The notes under the pieces: model-generated
Told to the model about the DNA's origin: nothing
What the model saw: the letters and a program-made list of their open reading frames with translations, nothing else
Databases searched by the model: none
Position numbers and translations under genes: made by a program
Part shown: positions 39,609-52,500 of the stretch, one piece after another
Layout: each line of letters starts with the position of its first letter
Position numbering within the stretch: the stretch's first letter is position 1
DNA from: Ophelia neglecta
Lineage: Eukaryota
DNA: 64,000 nt
Direction: 5' to 3'
Assembly: GCA_965285935.1 (NCBI GenBank)
Contig: OZ260662.1
Location: forward strand, 68,882,001-68,946,000

Positions 39609-42400
39609 TCTTTTGCAGTGGGGCAAAGATTATGTTTTTTGTCATGTCTGTGAGTCCGTCTGTCTGTCTGTCTGTCTGTGCATCTGTCTGCGAGATATCT
39701 CAAGAATCACTTGGCCGACTTCGATGAAATTTGGTGAGAACCTAGAATAGGGCAATGGCTCGAGGCCATTAACTTTTGGTTGACCTAGTTTCAAACTTTA
39801 GGTCACACCGTGACCTTGAACATTTCAAATGGCTATATCTCAGCTGTTTACTGACTGATTTCCGCAAAATTTGGCACGAATGTAGCCAGTCAGAAAGTCT
39901 TCTGACCAAAATTATCTAATTGACCTACTTTCAAAATCAAGGTCAAACCGTGACATTGAAAATTTTAAATGGCTATATCTCAGCTGTTTACTGACCGATT
40001 TCCGCAAAATTTGGCACGAATGTAGCCAGTCAGGAAGTCTTCTGACCAAAATTATCTAATTGACCTACTTTTAGAATCAAGGTCAAACCGTGACATTGAA
40101 AAATTTCAAATGGCTATATCTCAGTTGTTTAATGACCGATTTCCGCAAAATTTGGCACGAATGTAGCCAGTTAGAAAGTCTTTTGACCAAAATCATCTTA
40201 TTGACCTACTTTCAAAATCAAGGTCAAATCGTGATATTGAAAATTTCAAATGGCTATATCTGAGCCGTTTACTGACCGATTTCCGCAAAATTTGGCACGA
40301 ATGTAGCCAGTTAGAAAGTCTTTTGACCAAAATTATCTAATTGACCTACTTTCAAAATCAAGGTCAAACTGTGACATTGAAAATTTCAAATGGCTATATC
40401 TCAGCCGTTTACTGACCGATTTCCGCAAAATTTGGCACGAATGTAGCCAGTTAGAAAGTCTTCTGACCAAAATTATCTAATTGGCCTACTTTTAAAATCA
40501 AGGTCAAACCGTGACATTAAAAATTTTAAATGGCTATATCTCAGCTGTTTACTGACCGATTTCCGCAAAATTTGGCACGAATGTAGCCAGTCAGAAAGTC
40601 TTTTGACCAAAATTATCTAATTGACCTACTTTCAAAATCAAGGTCAAACCTTGTCATTGAAAATTTCAAATGGGTATATCTGAGCCGTTTACTGACCGAT
40701 TTCCGCAAAATTTGGCACGAATGTAGCCAGTTAGAAAGTCTTCTGACCAAAATTATCTAATTGCCCTACTTTCAAAATCAAGGTCAAACCGTGACATTGA
40801 AAATTTTAAATGGCTATATCTCAGTTGTTTACTGACCGATTTCCACAAAATTTGGCACGGATGTAGCCAATTAGAAAGTCTTCTGACCAAAGTTATCTTA
40901 TTGACCTTCTTTTAAAATCAAGGTCAAACCGTGACATTGAAAATTTCAAATGGCTATATCTCAGCCGTTTACTGACCGATTTCCGCAAAATTTGGCACGA
41001 ATGTAGCCAGTTAGAAAGTCTTCTGACCAAAATTATCTAATTGACCTACTTTCAAAATCAAGGTCAAACCGTGACATTGAAAATTTTAAATGACTATCTC
41101 AGCTGTTTACTGGCCGATTTCCGCAAAATTTGGCACGGATGTAGCCAGTTAGAAAGTCTTCTGACCAAAGTTTTCTTATTGACCTACTTTCAAAATCAAG
41201 GTCAAACAGTGATATTGAAAATTTCAAATGGCTATATCTGAACAGTTTACTGACTGATTTCCGCAAAATTTGGCACGAATGTAACCAGTTACAAAGTCTT
41301 CTGACAAAAATTATCTAATTGACCTACTTTCAAAATCAAGGTCAAACTGTGGCATTGAAAATTTCAAATGGCTATATATCAGCCGTTTACTGGCCGATTT
41401 CCACAAAATTTGGCACGGATGTAGCCAATTAGAAAGTCTTCTGACCAAAGTTATCTTATTGACCTTCTTTTAAAATCAAGGTCAAACCGTGACATTGAAA
41501 ATTTCAAATGGCTATATCTTAGCCGTTTACTGACCGATTTCCGCAAAATTTGGCACGAATGTAGCCAGTTAGAAAGTCTTCTGACGAAAATTATCTAATT
41601 GACCTACTTTCAAAATCAAGGTCAAACCGTGACATTGAAAATTTTAAATGACTATCTCAGCTGTTTACTGGCCGATTTCCACAAAATTTGGCACGGATGT
41701 AGCCAGTTAGAAAGTCTTCTGACCAAAGTTTTCTTATTGACCTACTTTCAAAATCAAGGTCAAACCGTGATATTGAAAATTTCAAATGGCTATATCTGAA
41801 CAGTTTACTGACTGATTTCCGCAAAATTTGGCACGAATGGAACCAGTTACAAAGTCTTCTGACAAAAATTATCTAATTGACCTACTTTCAAAATCAAGGT
41901 CAAACTGTGGCATTGAAAATTTCAAATGGCTATATCTCAGCCGTTTACTGGCCGATTTCTGCAAAATTTGGCACGAATGTAGCCAGTAAGAAAGTCTTCT
42001 GATCAAAATTATCTAATTCACCTACTTTCAAAATCAAGGTTAAACCGTGACATTGAAAATTTTAAATGCCTGTACTTAGCCATTTATTGAACGATTTTTA
42101 TAAAATTTGAATGTAGCCAGTTAGAAGGTCTTGGGGCTAATTTTATCTTGTTGATTACTTTGAAAATCAAGGTCACACCATGACCTTGATAGGTTCAAAT
42201 TGCTTTATCTCAGCTGTTTATTGACCGATTTTTGTAAAATTTTGCATGAATGTAGCCAGTTAGAAGCTCTTGATCAAAAAACTTTAGTCATCTAGATTAT
42301 TTGCTTATTTTTGCTCATCTATATTTTGCAGAACTTTTTATTACGATTGAGAAACTATCAAAGGGCAAAGATATCGTAGCCGATAGGATACACCTTTAAT
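39609..42400 (+). mobile_element. DINE/HINE (Helentron-associated, pearl/DTC84-like) non-autonomous element with an internal satellite array
   Basis: GGGCAAAGAT occurs near both ends (~39621 and ~42363). A (TCTG)n microsatellite lies at ~39648-39690, an internal tandem array follows, and the 3' end has a hairpin TATCG-TAGC-CGATA and a T-rich tail. Confidence 0.7.
39780..42275. repeat. satellite array, ~140-bp unit x ~18
   Basis: Unit TTGACCTACTTTCAAAATCAAGGTCAAACCGTGACATTGAAAATTTCAAATGGCTATATCTCAG... starts at about 39780, 39920, 40060, 40201 ... 41877, 42017, 42151. The edge copies are diverged. Confidence 0.97.
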
Positions 42401-43567
42401 TGTTTTTATTTTTTTCATTGCTAATACATTTGCTCATTCTCATTTAATAAGTGTAGCAAATAGGCAACTCATTCTGTGTTCTGGCTCATTAGTAAAATGA
42501 TTAATTCGAATAGAAACAACTGCTTCCCGGGTGATTTCAATGTTGTGATTTTGTTTCAGGATAGATTTCAAATAAAGTATTATGGATTAATCTGTTTTCT
42601 ATTTTCTTGACGATTTATCAACTCTAATTCTTATTTTGTTTATTCATATCAGTTTGTTTAATGGTTTAAAATATCGCATGCTATTTTATCGTATTATTTT
42701 GGACTTTATTATATTTTATCTATATCTTTATTTGAAGTTCCAAAGTGACTCTCTCCATAGTTGTTTTCCAAGTCAGATGAGGATTATGTAATAAAACAGG
42801 GGTGTTATTAATCATTCAGATGATATGATTGGCTAACATTGCGGCGTCAAACTCCATACGTGGTTTCAAGAAGCTGGCCGGCTAAATATCAATTCAATTG
42901 CTGGCTCCTTGCTGGTCTTTCTGCCGATGTGCACTGCGCATGTCAAATTGACTTTGCTGAGGTCATTGAAGTTTCATTGTGTCGGTTGACGGTTAATTTA
43001 TTTTATAACTTTCAGGACCGGTTTAGGGTGTTGTAGGCTAGGATTGATGTCAATGACATTCGCAGTTACCATACTGGCCTTTATAAAACTTGATTGCACT
43101 GAGTTCTTTTCATACGCTGCATCAGGCTGCCTCTACATTGATATGGAAAGAAAACCATTGATAATGATCTAACGCAAGTTATATATATATGCCATCAAAA
43201 GGCATCCACGGTTAACTTTGAGAGTTAGACGGAAAAATTAAATGTTTCTTTAGGTTATTTGTTCCAATATAAGTCTAGCGAGCTATAGACTATTTTTTCC
43301 ATTTCGTTGCCCAGCAGATTGTATTACGCTTAGGCCTACATGAACTATTTTGGCTGGCATATAAAGCGTCACATAGTATATCAGAAGGTGGCACACTCAA
43401 CAGTCCTTTAGATGTGACTTGAAGCAAAGAATGATTGTGTCGAGCACCAGGGTCAGTTAGGGACGATACAGATCAGATTGCCAATTCCAGCGTGATACCT
43501 TGTTTAGTTTAGGAATAACGAGTTTTAAACTTGTCACTTGTGTACATGAGATTCGTAGACGTGGAAT

Positions 43568-46500
43568 ATGATAAAAATCTTACATCTAAGGTAAGTTGTT
43601 TAAAATATATTCGTGGACTTAAAAAGACTATGCTGTGTGTAGTTTGCCACTTAATGTCCCATACCGTGGGATACTCCCTCCCCGTCTGGTTTATGTCTAG
43701 GATAAATCACAGGCCAAAATATAGTGCTATTTAATAGCGTGCCTTAATTTTTTTAATAAAGATGCAATTATAAATTTACAAAAAACCTCAAGCAGAAAAT
43801 AATATCAAATATCACAAAGCATATCATGCTTCACAGACTGAACCAGTCACCAAAAGCGGTCGTAACTCTAATTGAAAAGACGTGTTTTTTTATCGTCTAC
43901 CTTGTTTTACGTCATATGTACATTGTGAAATCACAATTTCTTTGCGAAGTCATGATGACCGCCGAAAATAACTTTACTACTTAAATACACAAATGCTGAT
44001 GCCCACTGCAATGTGCACCATAATATAATAAATGGAAATGAAGGAGTTAAAGCATTTTGCACCTCCAAGTAATTTTTAGAACGTAAATAATAATGACTTG
44101 ATATTGCCGAATGCACGCCAATACTAAACAATCCTCCAAATGCACCCCCTTAAAAGAAGTTATCACTAGCCCTGAAGCTGAATGGGGTCTGCCGCCAGAG
44201 GTCTCCAATCCATACCCTTATAAGTAAAGTTTTAGGGCGTTTAGTTTTCCAGAAGTCTCAAAATAGAAGCCCCGCTGATTCTCATCCACTTTATCAGGTT
44301 AAATTCAAATTGTCGTAATTTGGTATTTAAGACCCCCCCCCCCCCTAGGAGACTTTAACACTTCTGTGCCCCCCCCCCCCCCCATCAGATGGTGCCACAA
44401 TTCTTTGAAATCTCCCTCCCCAAGGGATTTTCGCCCCCCACCCCACCCCCCACCAAAGGCTACACTAACTGACGATCCCCTTATCTTTGGATAAAAATTC
44501 CCCCAAAACGAGCCTTTCTGGCCGCACATACCGAGTTTGGATGCAAATCCTGAACATCATTAAGAATCACAAACACAAATCATGTACTAGATAATATTCA
44601 ATATACCCGTCCTTGTTTTTAAAGTAACACGTGTACTTTCGTATATGTTCGTACAGCGTTTCAAATGATATTAGTACAATCAGTATAATGTTTGCTTCTT
44701 ACAGAGTAGGTAGAACAATTTAAATTAATAGAGTTACTAGTCCTAGAAAATACATATTGAATATATTATATTAGAGTCATTTTATTCAGCATTCAGCATT
44801 CAAACCTCGTTTTACTGGAATGCCCTATCATGACACCTGATTCACATAGGGCCCAGGTAGCGATGCAGGTATCATCCAAGACTATGTACACTATACCTGC
44901 CTTGTACGTTTTATAACCAACATGTCTTCTTACCTCTATGGCTTTTTTTCCAGTTTTATTTCATTTCTCCTCGCCTCGCTTGATCGAGGAGTGTTTCTTC
45001 AAGGTAAGCTTGGGCATTCAGTTATTATAGCTCTATCATTAGGGATCAATTCTTATTTTGCAACATCTGTGTAATAAGCACATGCTTTATGATGAGTATC
45101 TTTTTGTATATATACTTTCCATACCCTCATATATATACCTATATGTATATATATACATATATTGTGTGCATCGTTTTTAGCAAATTAAGTTGGATATCAT
45201 AATTATGTTGTTGTTACAATTTGTTCATAAGCACTTTGTTGTACATGTACATTTGTCCAAGTCCCTTGGGTAAACTTTGTATGCGTTTGCTACACTATAA
45301 TTTACTGTCTTACGCCCAGCTACCAGTTTTAAAACTAAACACGTCTTAGGTACTATTTTTTTTTATGACTTAATCAGGATAATACACATGTCGAATAATG
45401 TACAATGTACATGTCTCCCAAAGATCATAATAAATGAATCCATTTCCTTGTGACTATTGAAACGTACGGTTCGCATGTGTTGCTAAATGTGCTCGTATTT
45501 ATCTCGATGGTCCGGAAATATGTCTACAATTATTAGTAAGAGATGGAAATAAGGGATCGACGATATACAATGGGGGATAGGGGGTGCGTGTGCGGGGGGT
45601 TGGGGGGGGGGGCGGCGGGCTAAGAAGTGCTAAGAATTCGTGTTTAGGAAAAAATGTTTTGCCAGAACAAATAGGCCTACCTTAATTTACAAATCGAGGA
45701 AATACATGGGTCCTTGGCCTATTTACAGGTGTGTTCCTCGATTATCTAGTTATCAGGTGAACACTCGCGGCTATAGAATTCCGTCCAATAATTAAGTGCT
45801 GTAATGTTTCATTACAAAAATGAGCTTTTTAATTAAAAAACATGCATGTGAAATAATATAAAATGTGCAAAGCTTTATTACCATAAGGAACAGTTGAATG
45901 GATCCGGAATGCGTGTTATTTTGGGCGTAGTGTGATTTCTGTAGGGCATGCATTCCTAGCCACGTGTCATTAAAACGTATGAGCATGTGATCATACTTAG
46001 CCGAATTACAAAGTATAAAGTTTAATATCAAACCTTAGAATTTGAATCAATGAAAGTATGCAGAGGAGGAATCTACAACAACAAATGTGATATGTGATCG
46101 CAGGACAGGAAAAGTATGACCCCCGGTGGGGGGGGGGCGTTCCCGGCAGCGCATCCCTACCAAAAACATTGGTCCTACATTCCTGAATACTGTTATTGGA
46201 GTCAGATACTATACCGAAATTGGCACTGTTCCATTTACCCCTAATGACAGTCACTTCTAATGAAAAAATGAAAAACCAAGTGGTTTGATATATGTCTGTC
46301 ATGTTTTATCTGCAATGCAACGAAGCTTTTGGTATAAAAACGATTTTACTCACTAACTGTGACTCTATCAAATAAATTGCATTAAATACGTTACGAGAAT
46401 GTTCCGAAAGCAAGGTACAATAGAGCTATGAAGTAATAGTTATCTACATCAATCAGGTCAGAAAGGAACACTATACAGTTATATTTTATTTCTAATATTT

Positions 46501-49500
46501 GAAATAAATACAATGAACAGGTTTTTCTAAGCACAGTGTGAAATCACAAATTTACAATATGGAATGCTTTAACAAATACACCACGGTCCAGTGACCAATA
46601 TGTAGGACAGACCTATAAAGATAGCGTTCCTCGTGGGGCATGGTTGTCAGCATCAAAGGATAACCATTAAATAGGTTTACAACTATTACCTGGTAAACAA
46701 GGTTTTGCTATCCCTAAAATATATGGACTTTCAATTAGTTACAGATACGATAGGCTAAACATTATTTGAATACAGAAATATACATAGAAGAGAAACCCCA
46801 AATAATATGCATAACACATATTCATGTACACGTACATTGTATATTGTTGTACATTCACGCCTAAGCTTTCGAACAAAATACGTGAAAAGTTTGTGCTCTG
46901 AAACACAGAGGTAAATTTTTATTTATCATTTAAACCAGAACTTCAGACATCAATGATGAATATATATTTCATGTACGCAATGTATTACCTGGTCGCCGAA
47001 AATGAAGTAATATTCAAAAATTGAACATTTCATTTGAACCTTGTGCTACAGAGATAAACCCTGTTCAGTTCTGCAGTGTCAGAGCTAGGGGTTCATATCC
47101 CTACCATGGAGACTGTGGACGATACATATTATGCGAAGACAGGAGGAGCTCTATTTTAAATTGTCCAAACCATGCCCCAAACTTCGATCCCACGTCAAGA
47201 GCGTGTGATGAGTCATTTATATGCCCATCAGACTCATTCAGAGCTACATCGAATGTTGTTAAAGGTAAGTCCACCATATCTATCACAAATGTACTAATTT
47301 GCCCTTGAACCGCGTTTTTTGTTTACTTTTTGAAAGGCTAGCGAAGTCATTTCAAAAATCATTCCCAATAAATTTCTCCATGTATTCTGTCTACCTGCAT
47401 GTAAGAGACCAACTTAGTATCAACTGGATATGAGAGACCAAACCCTTAAGGTTAAAGTGTAAGAATTAAACAATTGTTCAAAGCGGGTATATATAATGTC
47501 TTAACTTTTACAAATATATCCTTGGTTTTGTAACCACGAAAAGTTAGGTTAAGGATTTTTGGCCTTAAAAGTTTATGGTCGGAATGTAAAACTGAATCAA
47601 TAGTCACATTCGACTCAATTGCGTTCAAGGTGTAATACCAATAAAAGTTCTAGCGCCTAGGGCCTAATCTTCGGGAACCTACTATGTCTTAATTCACATG
47701 ATGCGCTCCGTTTTTTCGAAATTTTAATTATATTGTTCTTTAATTTCAGATGAGTTATCTGTAGAAGGCGTGGCCGACGCTGTCGTGGCTGATTTGGACA
47801 ACATCATGAACGAGTCACGGCAGAAAACATCGTCAGCGTTACGAGCAGAGGCAGCTGCTACCAGAGTGGCCGCGACTCGTACGCGAAAAATATTTAATTA
47901 ATAAATCAATGCTTTATTCGGCTGCAAGAACCGGTTTTTCGTTGTCAGATTACACTACGATTTTCGAACGTTCATTTGTACATGCCCACAAATCGTAAAG
48001 GGCATTCAATATCATGAAGACGATAAGCTCTTTGGGGTTACTTTAATGACTTTTTTTGAAACTACCATTTACAGGCAAGACGCGTCCATCCTTCAGAAGA
48101 ATACAAAGTTTTCTCGGCTCCAGTCTGATGCTGAAGAAGATGTCGATACCAGCGGCACACCAACTAGGGGTACTCAAAATTGCCAGACAGAGGTAAAGGT
48201 TACGACAGCTGTCTGGCAATATAGTTTGAATGTTGGGCCTTGTAGCACAATGAAAACTACTTTCAGCCGGGTGTAATACAATCAATGAAGACAGATGACA
48301 GAATAGCATCTTGCTACGACATACATAATCAGTCTTGAGGACCTGTTGAAGCAAGGATCCCGATCTCCTAAAGTCTTTACTTTGACCAGAACAGATATAA
48401 TATGCCTGATTGTGGCACCTTCAGACATCAATGCTAGTGGCATATTCAACAAAATAATTTTGTTTTACAGGTATGATCTACCGGTCGAGGCCATTGCCCC
48501 TTTAATGAATCTTTTGCCGGTATTGCTGAAGCCCAACCCGATTTGTGCTGGCCCGGATATGTCAGAGATTGTCCATGTAACCCCCGGGACTTGTCCCTGT
48601 CTTCTAAACAACCACAAAAGACGTTGCTATCCATATGCCAAGTACCGCACCATAGACGGGTCTTGTAACAACCTGGGCAGGCCACTCTGGGGAAAATCCA
48701 ACCGACCGCTGGCCAGGTACCTGCCCTCGGATTACGCTGACGGTAAGGAACGCTTTTAGGTAATTTTAAGTGTCGTCAGGTGTACGTTGAAGACACTGGG
48801 TGTGCTTTACGGTGACATTTTGGGAGATACGAAGATATTTTGCATTTGAATTAACAATTGCTTATGGTCATAGTTGATTCAGTTTTAATATTCATATTCA
48901 TATGAAAATAGAGGTTTCGAAATAATGCCTGTCGTAGTACTTAGTCATCCTTGGTAGGACTAAACGGCGCAGCGGACTGCTTTCCGTCAGTCTACATTCA
49001 CCTATATGCGGCCGCGCGGACAGCGCCGCAGTGTTATTCCTGCAAATGACTACTAGGACAGCCAACCTTTCGACGTTGGTCAAGAACCTCTATTTTTACA
49101 TGGATATAATTTTTTCTTTACTGAATCGACTATGACGAATCGAATGTTTAAATGTGACCATAGCATATCACCACTCTATATCGCCGGAAAAATAGCGCAT
49201 TTTGGTGAAGTCGGAAAATTTCGGCTTCCGTCAGACGGCTGATGGCTTCCGGTATGGCAATAAGGGCCTACTTTGAAAAATGTAAACAACATAATAAAAC
49301 ATAGAGCTGCCCTTTGAAGCCACGTAACTTAGCTAACACTAGTCTGATCGAAGATTCGTCAAATTTAATGTTCATGTTAAATGAATAATTGACCATTACT
49401 GCAGGCATAGGTGATCCCAGAGTGAGTGTCAGCGGAGGTCCTCTCCCCACTGTACGTAAGATTACCCTGGAGCTCTTCGGAGATACCGACAGCCCCAGCC

Positions 49501-52500
49501 ACCTAGCCACCGCCATGCACATGCGCTTTGGACAGTTCCTGGACCACGACCTTGACCGTACTGCTATTGCCAAACTGACGACCACGGAAGACGGCTCGGG
49601 GCCGACCATGGACGTGACCTGTGGGGATGATGGGTGTAGTACCGAGGGAGAGGAGAACCGAGCCTGCTTCCCGATCCCGATACCCGACGGAGATCCGGAC
49701 TTCGGTGATCAAAAGTGTCTCATGTTTGTCCGTACTGAGGAAGGCTTACTTGACGACTGTCGATTAAGTAAGTTCCGGAAAATTATTTATTTGAGGCCAG
49801 TCAAGGATAAGAAATACATTTCCATTATTATTATGGCCCAGTGTACGAATATTATGTCAATTTGGTGCCCAGTCGCCTGGACTCACCCTTGGTTGATAAT
49901 CCGCGAAGACGTACATGTACTAGACAGCTATTTTGAGACCGTGGGACGAAATGAAGTCTAGTAAACCAGAATTTGTGACTGGTGTCCTATTTATAATGAA
50001 TACCTAGGGATTCTAGACAGACTGCTTATATACTAGATTTATTAATTATTTTAAGAACGGGCGAATCCAGGGTTAAAGTAAGTAAATGTAGTTTTATTTT
50101 GACCTTTCATGTGGGGGACTCCCTTTACTATCACACCGCCGTGCCACACCGTATACACTGTATGTATGGGCACAGCACAAGTTAGTATGGTCTCTACTTA
50201 GAATAGAGGCCTTTAAATGTTGGCCCACACTTATCACGCTTCACTGGTTATTAATAGTGTGCAGTCTGACTGAATTTCACAAGTCACCCAGTGCAGACAG
50301 AATTTGAACCAAATGGAGGGATAAATGCTAGGCTTGTAATTCCTGTGAAATATGTAAAATTGTGTTGTTGTTTTTTCTGATTAAACAGACAGCCAATATT
50401 TCTGAAATTTCATATTCAATTTTAGACATACCAATCATTTCAAAATCTATCAATATTGAGCCTGATGTTTTGATTTATATATTACTCACTAATTTGGTCA
50501 CTCTGGCCCACTGTTAACAATGACAGCAGTGTAATGTGGGTAATTATATGCTGTTGACACCTGATGGGAAGTACAAATATTCTATAGCAATTTCCTGCCT
50601 ATTGTAGAAAGCTTCGGAAACTGATACCGCGAGAGTTAATACATACACCCACTCACATATGTGTCCCTCTCCACAGGGTCAATCTCTAAAACATTTCTAG
50701 GCCTAAAATATGTTAGTATACTTTACAATTCAATAATAATACTTAGAACTGATAACCTTACAGGCCTAATAATAGGCCTATGTAGGCCTTTTTGTACGGA
50801 AAACGGTAAGACATTATTGCCTAGCACCTTACGCCATTTCTTTGGACAGATTGTGTGTACAATGTAAAACATAAAAGCATGCCTAATAATTGTGGCTGAT
50901 TGAATATCAATATATGACTGAGCAAACATGCAGCAGCTGATCATGAGACAACCACCGCATTGTCATTCCCACTGTTCAGTTCGCCCCTAGTGTTCAAATA
51001 GGGCGGATACCCCAAAACAATATTTGAAGTAGGCCTTAAGGACTAGCCGTAGATTTTCAAACACAATAGATAAATCTTTTTTTTCATTATGCTGGCCATA
51101 AATATTGCCATACTGGTAGACTCGTTCGCTATCACGCAGACGATATATGACTTATATTATTTTGTATTTATTTTGTGTTAACTTTGTATACCTTTATATA
51201 TAAATAGTCTAATAGGTCTGCAGACGCACGTGGCTTTGATCAATGGTTGCTTGTTGGGGTATAAGTGGTGTGTAATATTCTGGGTAAATGAATCTGTTTT
51301 TCTGTTCTTTTACAAGGTACCCGGGAACAGGTCAACCAGGTCACGACATGGATTGACGCCTCCAATGTGTACGGAAGCACTAAAGAACTGGCGGACGACC
51401 TCAGAAACAATTCTGACCTTAGCAGGGGGCGTCTCCTGGCCCAACCGCATCCCTACGACAAAATGCTCAAATTATTGTTGCCGCCAAAAAATGTTTCTGC
51501 TTGCAGGGAGCTCAATGAAACAATCAGATGTTTCAAAGCAGGTTAGCTTAGTTATTTAGGACAAAGCCTTTTATGGTGATATCATTATTTCCACCCGTGG
51601 GCACTCCCGGAGTGGAGGTCATGAGTATCGTGCATAAAATGGTTGTCAAGAAATTACAAAGATGCATGTCGTAATTTGAATTTTCCCGTTTTAATCATTG
51701 CGCCTACAAACTGCTTTTAAAAGGAAGGTCAATGAAATATGATTTAATTTTTATGTATTTTTTTCTCATTTGTACTCGTATCTTTGCTAATTTCTGAAAA
51801 GATTATTTATTTGCACGGCTGATTTTTCTAACCTCAAAATGTTCAGGGAAAAAATGTTGATTGATTATGACTTTTAATTTTGATTTTTTTTTAATTTCAT
51901 ATATTTAATTTATAGTGTGTATCTCGGTAGTAAAAAAAACCCCAAAGGCTAAGAAATCATACATTTTTTATTATTTGATTTTTTTATTACGCCTTTCGCT
52001 TCCTACCTGTAATCATAGTTAACAAGAAAAGTAATGAAATCCATTGCTGATTCTGATTATCCATTTTGCCGCTTTTGGTCCAGGTCCTCAATTGCTTAAA
52101 CCATTTTAAAGACTATACGAAGGCCTTCACTCGTATTGGGTTATTTAATATTTTGCCATGTACTTTGCTGTCGGTTGAAATATTGTCTACATTTTCAGGA
52201 GATGTTCGAGCTAATGAACATACTGCTCTAGCCTCAATTCATACTGTGTTCATGCGCGAACACAACCGGATGGAGGCTGAACTCCACAAGATTAACCCTC
52301 ACTGGTCTGGCGAGCGTTTATATCAGGAGGTGCGAGCGATAATGGGGGCAATTATGCAGCACATCGCATACAATGAGTATGTACCCAGCATTCTTGGACC
52401 AGATATAGTCAGAAAGTACGGTTTACACCTGGTACGAAATGGCTACTTTAATGGCAAGTTGTTTTATAGACATTTCATCCACCTTTCGCAAATAACAATT

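Noticed and set aside
39780-42275. CRISPR-like array or coding repeat (66-aa ORFs at 41041 and 41599)
   Set aside because: The units are contiguous with no unique spacers, no cas genes are present and the context is eukaryotic. The ORFs are by-products of satellite variants.
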